Source of the DNA: a virus
DNA: 64,000 bases
Direction: 5' to 3' (one strand)
IMG/VR virus record: IMGVR_UViG_3300046004_001116
Location: 21,920-85,919 of that record
The translations under genes and the position numbers were made by a program. Position 1 is the first letter of the stretch, and each line of letters opens with the position of its first letter. The notes below the pieces were generated by a model. The model ran no database searches, was not told where the DNA came from, and saw only the letters and a program-made list of their open reading frames with translations. Of this stretch, positions 57,022 through 64,000 are shown piece after piece.

Positions 57022-57582
57022 ATGAGTCTTAAAACTTATCAATGGATCAAAGGTGAAAAAGCCGGAGACGTTGTAAAATCAGACAGTGAAATCGTTGAAG
57101 AAGGTGGAATGCAATTCTTAAATTTCATTGATGGCAGCCGATGTAATGCAAGCTTACTTGGTGATTACATTTTAGAAATAGCAGATGATAGCCCTGATAG
57201 TCTTATCATGCTAAACGATATGGCGCCACAACCACTACAGCGAGTTGAACCTGTAGCTGCAGTGAGTCAAGTAGTTAAAGAAGAACCTGTTAAAACTACC
57301 AGTCCTTTAGAAGCATTGCTTTTATCTTCAAAGAAATCTATTCAAAAAGTTGCTATTACTATTCAAATAGATGTACCTCCGTTTGACTTAATTAAAGTTT
57401 TAGCTTCTTCTTTTGAAGATGGCCAAGAACAAGTTTTAAAATACTTACAAGATAGTATTACACCAGAAATGGTTGAAAGTTTAAAACAACAAATAGCTCT
57501 TGAACTTACATCTGATATTTTTGACATACCAGCTTCTACTCAAGAACTAACAGAAAATTTAGAAAAATATGAAAGAGTATAA
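57022..57582 (+). CDS. Hypothetical protein
   Basis: ATG 57022 in A-rich context. Confidence 0.65.
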   Translation: MSLKTYQWIKGEKAGDVVKSDSEIVEEGGMQFLNFIDGSRCNASLLGDYILEIADDSPDSLIMLNDMAPQPLQRVEPVAAVSQVVKEEPVKTTSPLEALLLSSKKSIQKVAITIQIDVPPFDLIKVLASSFEDGQEQVLKYLQDSITPEMVESLKQQIALELTSDIFDIPASTQELTENLEKYERV

Positions 57583-58114
57583 AGTACTTAAAAGTTTTAA
57601 ACATTTTGATGTTATTAAAATTGAAGGTCACGAAAAGATAAAAATGAAATCCATGTCAGTTGGTGTTTTGCCATTTACTGTAGATGACATGAAAATGATT
57701 AGCAAAGTTGGATTACTTAAAGAATACAACACAATGCGTGAAGGTGATTTTTGTCATACAATAATTACAGGAACTGTTGATGATAAAGACGCTGATTTAC
57801 TGTCTACTGCTAAACGTGAACTAACTGAAGAAGGTGGTTACACAACACCTGATGATGAAAATGCAAGATGGATTTATTTAGGTAACTTTTATCCTTATAA
57901 AGACAGTGACAGACAAGTTCCAACATTTGCGGTTGATGTAACAGGATTATCGGCAAAGACTCCTGAAACTGATGGCAGTAAAAAGGAAATGCTTTCAAAA
58001 TTAGAAATGATGCCATCTAATGAAATTATGGTTACTGAAGAAACATTAGCATTGGCAGCATTCCTTAGATTATTTAATTACTTTTACCTTAAAGCAACAG
58101 GAAATGTACAATAG
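57569..58114 (+). CDS. NUDIX hydrolase
   Basis: G..D.....AKRELTEEGG Nudix box. Confidence 0.8.
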   Translation: MKEYKVLKSFKHFDVIKIEGHEKIKMKSMSVGVLPFTVDDMKMISKVGLLKEYNTMREGDFCHTIITGTVDDKDADLLSTAKRELTEEGGYTTPDDENARWIYLGNFYPYKDSDRQVPTFAVDVTGLSAKTPETDGSKKEMLSKLEMMPSNEIMVTEETLALAAFLRLFNYFYLKATGNVQ

Positions 58115-58421
58115 AAAACAACGAAGAGAGTTAGAGAAAAAAGTAGGTCTAATTAAAACTTACCAGAATATGTCTGAAAAAGACAAAGCTGAATTGCGTA
58201 AAAGACGTGCTGCTGCTGGTAGAGAAATACATTTGCAAAATCAGCAAGCTCGCGAACAATACGAAATGGAACAAGAAGTATTACGTTACCAACGAATACT
58301 TGTAAGATTCCAAGATGAAGGTATGTCTGACGAAGATGCCACAAAAGCTGCAGACGCTATTCTTAAACAAGAACAAGATAAAGCAGAAAAGAAACATCTG
58401 AAAAAACTAAGAAAAGAATAA
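58104..58421 (+). CDS. Hypothetical protein
   Basis: NRKQRR start, coupled ORF. Confidence 0.65.
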   Translation: MYNRKQRRELEKKVGLIKTYQNMSEKDKAELRKRRAAAGREIHLQNQQAREQYEMEQEVLRYQRILVRFQDEGMSDEDATKAADAILKQEQDKAEKKHLKKLRKE

Positions 58422-58852
58422 TGAATCTTTACATAACAGTAGAAGACAAAAATAAACTTAAGAAAGCTTTTCTTAACTTAAGAAAACAACAGATTATCAC
58501 AGTTGATGATGTTGTTGTTGAACTTGGGTATGAAGTGGGAAAGGTGGATGATTATGCGTCTTTTATTGTTAATCAAAAGATTAAGAAAATAATAGCTTCG
58601 ACTGCATCAGGTAAAAAGATGCAGTCAATTATATATGTCAACGATAAACTCAACGATGAGATTATTCGTGGACTAATCCACTTTTGCCAAGAGCAAACAG
58701 TTGTTAACCAAGTAATCCTCCTTACAGAAAAAGGTAGCAACGAAGATTTCTACGAGCTCTTTGAAGAAATCTTATTTTTCCCTACAATTAAAAAAGTGCA
58801 TATCATAGAATGTGTATCTGTTCCTGTTGATTGGTTAGAAGAAACTGAATAG
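58421..58852 (+). CDS. Hypothetical protein
   Basis: ORF track. Confidence 0.65.
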   Translation: MNLYITVEDKNKLKKAFLNLRKQQIITVDDVVVELGYEVGKVDDYASFIVNQKIKKIIASTASGKKMQSIIYVNDKLNDEIIRGLIHFCQEQTVVNQVILLTEKGSNEDFYELFEEILFFPTIKKVHIIECVSVPVDWLEETE

Positions 58853-58934
58853 TCTTTTCTAATTTCTTAGAATTTCATTGTGTGATATATACTTAAAATA
58901 GACTAAAAGTCTAAGAAAAATCATTTATTTTTAA

Positions 58935-61010
58935 ATGGCGGAAATTAAATACACATACGACATTATTCAAAGCGGCACGAATCAGCGTTTTCGTGTTTAT
59001 AAAGATGATGCGGAAATATATGTTGAGCGTTACGATCTGGAAGAAGATGAAGATGTAACAGTAGATTACATGCGAGAGGAAGCAATACGTACATTGCTTG
59101 CACTTAATCCTGGAGTTGAAGGTATGACACAAGCGCCAGGCAAACCTACTACTAAACCTACTACTAATACAGTTGCCGCAGACGAAGGGACTAAAAAAGA
59201 AAAACCTACCGAAGATCTTAATCCAACAGATCCTAGATTAGTTTTTGCAGTTGGCCGAGATAAGCAAATAGTTTATTCTTTTGGTGCGGGTAATGAACAT
59301 CCATTAACTGATGGTATGGTGTTTGGCGAAGGTGAAAAAGGAGATGGTAAGAAAAAACCTGCTAGAGATTTTAAAGAAGGTGAACTTGACGTAATGGCTA
59401 AAGACTTCTTTGGTGTACCTGCATTAATTAACCCTAACTCTTATATTAATTTACAAGGTGCTGGCGGAAAGGTAAATAACAAATATCTTATAGACCGTGA
59501 AAACGGTATACGTTGGTACAACATGTCCGAGCCTAATAGTGGTGGCGGATCAGGTGTAGAATCTTCAACTGCGCCAACAGTTAGTGAAATTATACGATGG
59601 TCATTAACAGAAGATAACGAATACAAGTTTCCTTATAAGTTTACAGACTTTGCTTTTTGCAAGTGGTGGAATAAAATACCAAATAACTATATGATAACGC
59701 TAAGACGTTATCCATATCCTGTAAATGATGCGGTCACAAGTGGCGCTGAAGCGCGTAAGACAGTTGAGAAAAAAGAAAATCTTAAACCTGTTGCTACTAT
59801 GATTACGTTTTTAGGTGAAGACCCTGGAAATAAAATATCTTCTATTCTTGGTCCTATTGAAACAGGGTTAAACTGGGAAGATTTTACAGCTGACGTTTGG
59901 ACAGTGTCAACAAGTGGTGAAGCTGCTTCTGCAAATAATCCTGCACCTAACATGGCTAAAATGTTAGGTTTCTTACAAACTGGTGATGCAAGAACTGGTG
60001 AAAGAGTACAACCCGTTGATCCTTATACTAATGGTCCTTACATCAATAAGATTATTGGGCCGGTTAACGTAATTGACACAACAAAAGGTAGAAAACGTGG
60101 ATTAATGTTTAAACACTCAATGAATCTTGTGTTTGAGTATAGTTTAAGAGGGATTGGTGGAATTAATACAAAAGCAGCTGGATTAGATATCATAGGTAAT
60201 GCTATGTTAATGTCTTCTGCATCTGCATCTTTCTGGGGCGGCGCAAATAGACACGTTCCTAATGCAGGCTTTGGGCAAACTGACCCATTTTTAGGTGGAG
60301 CTGATGGTCTTGCTGCTTGGCTTCGTGGAGATCCTGCTGGATTTATGACTTCATTAAAGAATCAATTTCTTGACATTGGAAAAAACTTAGACGCAATTTT
60401 TAATAAGATGTTAAGTGGGTCACCTACAGAGGCTTTATCAGATCTTGCTGCTGGTGGTGCTGCATTATTTATGAAAAATAGTACAACAAAATCAAGCATG
60501 GTTACTACAGGTATTCACTCTTTATTAACAGGAGCACCTGTTGGTGAATGGCATGTTTGTGTTGGACCGCCACAGAATCCGATGATGATGATGGGTAATA
60601 TGATTTGTACTGGTTCTAAATTGGAGTTTAGCGATGAACTAGGACCTGATGATTTTCCAGCTGAGATAAAAATAACAATTACACTTGAACATGGAATGCC
60701 TCGAGATAAAGATGCAATTGAATCTATGTTTAATAAAGGCCGAGGAAGAATTTATGCTTTACCTAAAGGTTATGAAAAAAGTTTTGCGTCAAGCTCACAA
60801 TCACCTATTGATACTTCTATTAAACCAAAGTATCATTATGCTAGAAACGATTCGTCTGCGGATGCAAATACTACAAACGGTAAAACACCAGATAAGCAAA
60901 AAGATGCTGACACAAATGCAGCAACACTTAGTAAAGATCCAGTTGTAAGTACAGTATTTGGTACAATGTATGCACAAGGATATGGTTATGAAGCAGCGTT
61001 TAAAAAATAA
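58935..61010 (+). CDS. Putative virion (tail/baseplate) protein
   Basis: 691 aa; upstream of a gp53-like gene; beta-rich C-terminus. Confidence 0.5.
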   Translation: MAEIKYTYDIIQSGTNQRFRVYKDDAEIYVERYDLEEDEDVTVDYMREEAIRTLLALNPGVEGMTQAPGKPTTKPTTNTVAADEGTKKEKPTEDLNPTDPRLVFAVGRDKQIVYSFGAGNEHPLTDGMVFGEGEKGDGKKKPARDFKEGELDVMAKDFFGVPALINPNSYINLQGAGGKVNNKYLIDRENGIRWYNMSEPNSGGGSGVESSTAPTVSEIIRWSLTEDNEYKFPYKFTDFAFCKWWNKIPNNYMITLRRYPYPVNDAVTSGAEARKTVEKKENLKPVATMITFLGEDPGNKISSILGPIETGLNWEDFTADVWTVSTSGEAASANNPAPNMAKMLGFLQTGDARTGERVQPVDPYTNGPYINKIIGPVNVIDTTKGRKRGLMFKHSMNLVFEYSLRGIGGINTKAAGLDIIGNAMLMSSASASFWGGANRHVPNAGFGQTDPFLGGADGLAAWLRGDPAGFMTSLKNQFLDIGKNLDAIFNKMLSGSPTEALSDLAAGGAALFMKNSTTKSSMVTTGIHSLLTGAPVGEWHVCVGPPQNPMMMMGNMICTGSKLEFSDELGPDDFPAEIKITITLEHGMPRDKDAIESMFNKGRGRIYALPKGYEKSFASSSQSPIDTSIKPKYHYARNDSSADANTTNGKTPDKQKDADTNAATLSKDPVVSTVFGTMYAQGYGYEAAFKK

Positions 61011-61020
61011 TTAATAAGTA

Positions 61021-61641
61021 ATGTTAGAATTTCCAAAGACACAAGATACTAAACCACTTGTAAAGGACGGTAAAGGTAATGAAATAGTAAACTTTATAGA
61101 ACAAGATTTAATTGGCGGACAGTTAGGTTATAAGCCAACTGTTATTGATTTCTATTTAATTACAGCTGAAGACGTAATGCGAGCAGATTTAGTTACACAA
61201 AAAATGTACGGTTACTTAAAAGGATTAGAAGGTATGTTAAAGTTTAATGGGATAAGTAATCCTTTCTGTCTTGATGAAGGTGATGTACTATATACATTTG
61301 ATGTACCAAGTATGAATGCAAATTTACGAAATGGTGCGGCACTTTCAGCAAGAACTGATATACGTGATCAATACCTTACACCTGAGAAAAAATCTACAGT
61401 CGATCCTGCTTTACGTGCTTTTGATAAACGAGACACACCAAGAAAAGCAAATCCAGCTAAAGGTAATAATCCTGCATTACCTCCAAATTATGCTGCATTT
61501 GGTGATACAGAATTACAAGTAAGAAATGGAAAAATTGTTTTTGGACCTAATGTTACAAAACAAGACGCTGACTGTGATAAACCACTTTCAAAAAGCGAGT
61601 TTATATCACGCTTAATTAAGAACAGACTAAACAATAAATAA
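61021..61641 (+). CDS. Baseplate wedge gp53-like (LysM-fold) protein
   Basis: RADLVTQKMYG..LKFNGISNPF.L.EGD.L. Confidence 0.65.
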   Translation: MLEFPKTQDTKPLVKDGKGNEIVNFIEQDLIGGQLGYKPTVIDFYLITAEDVMRADLVTQKMYGYLKGLEGMLKFNGISNPFCLDEGDVLYTFDVPSMNANLRNGAALSARTDIRDQYLTPEKKSTVDPALRAFDKRDTPRKANPAKGNNPALPPNYAAFGDTELQVRNGKIVFGPNVTKQDADCDKPLSKSEFISRLIKNRLNNK

Positions 61642-63194
61642 TGGCACAAGACGAAAAGACAATTATTAGATCATTACTTGACCCCAAAATAAAAATTGAT
61701 AGACTTGAAGTTGAAGATGCTTTTGTTGGGACTAGCCCTAAGTTACCTGATAATAAGAAAGATACTGCAACTGGTCATCAAGTACAAAATGAATTAGGTG
61801 TTGATTATCCGTTTTTGTCTATTAACAATTACGTATTTGATGCTGATGAAATTAAGCTGTTTAAAATAGATGCTACTGAGTTTTTACCACAAGTAACATT
61901 TATGTTTACTTTAACTAAGTCAGACGCATTCAAATCTCAAGGATATCCAAAAGATGGCGATATACTTAATGTTTTTATTAGAGCAAAGAATAATGCGTTT
62001 AAGCCAATTCGTAATGACTATATTATTAAGAATGTATCTTCAGGGCCAGGAGGTAATGAAAATGCTGGAGGAACTACAACTATAACCGGAGAATTGTTTA
62101 TTCCTCATATTAAAGATGAACTTATTAAGTCATACACAGGTACTTCTTTTGATGTTCTAAATAAGATTGCGCAAGAATTAGAAATGGGTTTTGCTACAAA
62201 TGAAACTTCTACTATAGATTCTCAAGCTTGGTTATGCGCTGGTAGTACATGGGAAGAATACATTAATCATATTGTAGAAGCTGCTTGGAAAGATGAAAAT
62301 AGTTTCTATAAGTGCTATATTGATGTTTACTATCATCTTAACTTTATTAACGTAAATAACCAAATAGAAGGTGATGGCACAATGGCTGCTGGTATTCTTG
62401 ACGTGACAATAGCTAAAGACTTCTTTAACAATAAAGTTGGTGATGTTGCCGCTGCTGAAAAACCTGTAGGTAAGTTTTTAACTAACATGGGAAATATGTC
62501 AGGGACTAACATGTTTATTCGCGGGTATAAAACCAAGAATGAAAGTTCCAAGATAAATGAACAATACGGTTACAAATATAATGTTCAGTTTTTTGATCTT
62601 AAAAGTTTAAAGTATTGGAATATCTTTGTAGACCCAAAAACTTCAGACGGCGCTGAACAGAAAAAGATTATCTTAAAAGGTAGAACTTTTCCAAAGAAAG
62701 ATGATGAAAAGGACGCACAAGGAAGATCACCATCAGCAAGTGAATATTGGAAAACACAAAACAAGTTTGTTTGGAAAGGAATACAGAGTACTAATGTTCA
62801 CGATAAGTATACATTTGCTATTGCACATAATGAAAGAAACCTTCTTGAATTAAAAAAGTTATATCTTGAAGTAAATGTTGAAAGATGGAACCCAAATATA
62901 TACAATAGCGAGAGAATACCGTTATTGCTAATTTCGCAAGCTGACCCAGTTAAAGCTGCAGCAGATGCTTCAAATAAAGATGCAGTTGCCAATGCTACGC
63001 CACAAGGTGCTGGCTCACAGCCGTCAATGGATCAATTTTATAGTGGGTTTTATATGGTAAATGGAATTATGTTTACTTATAATCAAGACGGACCTAGAAA
63101 AACTGGAGGACCTAGTGAAGGTGATTATGATGGACCGGCGTTCTTCCAAACTTTTGTAATGACAAGACGAGAATGGCCAACACCGCTCGGATAA
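61641..63194 (+). CDS. Putative baseplate hub-like protein
   Basis: Position; S..GTSFDVL.KIA.EL and FYSGFY.V.GI patterns. Confidence 0.5.
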   Translation: MAQDEKTIIRSLLDPKIKIDRLEVEDAFVGTSPKLPDNKKDTATGHQVQNELGVDYPFLSINNYVFDADEIKLFKIDATEFLPQVTFMFTLTKSDAFKSQGYPKDGDILNVFIRAKNNAFKPIRNDYIIKNVSSGPGGNENAGGTTTITGELFIPHIKDELIKSYTGTSFDVLNKIAQELEMGFATNETSTIDSQAWLCAGSTWEEYINHIVEAAWKDENSFYKCYIDVYYHLNFINVNNQIEGDGTMAAGILDVTIAKDFFNNKVGDVAAAEKPVGKFLTNMGNMSGTNMFIRGYKTKNESSKINEQYGYKYNVQFFDLKSLKYWNIFVDPKTSDGAEQKKIILKGRTFPKKDDEKDAQGRSPSASEYWKTQNKFVWKGIQSTNVHDKYTFAIAHNERNLLELKKLYLEVNVERWNPNIYNSERIPLLLISQADPVKAAADASNKDAVANATPQGAGSQPSMDQFYSGFYMVNGIMFTYNQDGPRKTGGPSEGDYDGPAFFQTFVMTRREWPTPLG

Positions 63195-63209
63195 AAATAC
63201 TTATTAATT

Positions 63210-64000
63210 ATGCAATACGCAGATAGTGTAACAAAATCTTTTTTATCATACGGTGTGCCTAATGCCACGGTAGTAGGGAGTCTTATGTCTACATGGCAAG
63301 ATCCTACTTACATGGGGTTTCAATTTAGATTAGTGCAAAGCGCAAACGGTGATACTGATTTAGATGATTTACCACATGGTATTTTCTGCGGGCAATACAT
63401 ATCTCCACCAGCTCCAAAGGAAGGGCAAACACCTAATACCACTGAAGGATGGAAGCATAGCAATAAATATTCTGCGTACAATTATCTAATTAATCGTGGC
63501 GAATACAAAAGAGCTGAGTACATACGTTTATTTGAACAAGGTTTTGAGGCTTTAGTTAAAGAATGTCCTTGGTATTTTGTAAAAGTTTCTGGACTTGCGG
63601 ATTCATGGAAAATGGACCCAGGAAATAACTTTAGAGGAAAAGATAAAAAAATAACTATAGAAACATTAGAATCTATAGATATGAAAATAACATTTCTTTT
63701 AGACTGTTATCGAAAAGCTGTATGGGACGCTAATTGGATGAGATGGGCTGTCCCTGATCATATGCGTTATTTTAAAATGGCAATTATAGTTAGTGAAGTG
63801 CGACCAATGAAAATTGGAAAGGGTGCCGCGGCTGCTGCAGTTAATCCAGGGCAAGACAATGCAAACCCAACACAAGATTCAAAACTTAAAGCATTAGCAA
63901 AAAAGGTTGGTGCCGCTGCACAAGAAAAAGCTATGGGAGCAGCAAGAAATTTAGCTGGTAGTGCAGGATTAGATATTCCTGGCCTTTACCCAAGGATCTC
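63210..64000 (+). CDS. Putative virion protein (3' truncated by window edge)
   Basis: Frame open from ATG 63210 to the window end. Confidence 0.6.
   Translation, partial: MQYADSVTKSFLSYGVPNATVVGSLMSTWQDPTYMGFQFRLVQSANGDTDLDDLPHGIFCGQYISPPAPKEGQTPNTTEGWKHSNKYSAYNYLINRGEYKRAEYIRLFEQGFEALVKECPWYFVKVSGLADSWKMDPGNNFRGKDKKITIETLESIDMKITFLLDCYRKAVWDANWMRWAVPDHMRYFKMAIIVSEVRPMKIGKGAAAAAVNPGQDNANPTQDSKLKALAKKVGAAAQEKAMGAARNLAGSAGLDIPGLYPRI

Noticed and set aside
1476-62992. Short minus-strand and off-frame ORFs nested in long plus-strand genes
   Set aside because: Shadow frames of real genes; coding in this window is uniformly plus-strand.
1-64000. Genome-wide TAG recoding as the explanation for the amber in the PTH2-like gene
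   Set aside because: Long genes are intact in the standard code, TAG ends several ORFs, and no CTA-anticodon tRNA is seen in the window.

Overview
AT-rich, almost entirely plus-strand segment of a large T4-like (jumbo) tailed phage. The host is probably a Bacteroidota bacterium: early promoters fit TTTG-N20-TAnnTTTG, start contexts are A-rich without Shine-Dalgarno sites, and Hc1-like, FISUMP and BspA-LRR proteins are present. The window runs from the 3' part of the major capsid gene through head-associated genes, a 7-kb tRNA/ncRNA region (about 31 tRNAs, several tRNA-like RNAs, Y RNAs, a reduced RNase P RNA), a Ro60/TROVE gene, a cytosine-modification and glycosylation cluster, early accessory genes and baseplate genes. 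Main finding: the tRNAs form two operons that split the 20 amino acids 10/10. Each operon is preceded by a short leader ORF made mostly of codons for its own ten amino acids, plus a shared antiterminator 7-mer and an identical terminator. This looks like a ribosome-stalling attenuator that senses tRNA depletion and induces the matching tRNA operon. Related observations are a Y-RNA switch upstream of Ro60, Y RNAs with anticodon-like loops, and a PTH2-like gene with an amber codon at position 3. All calls come from manual reading and none was checked by database search.
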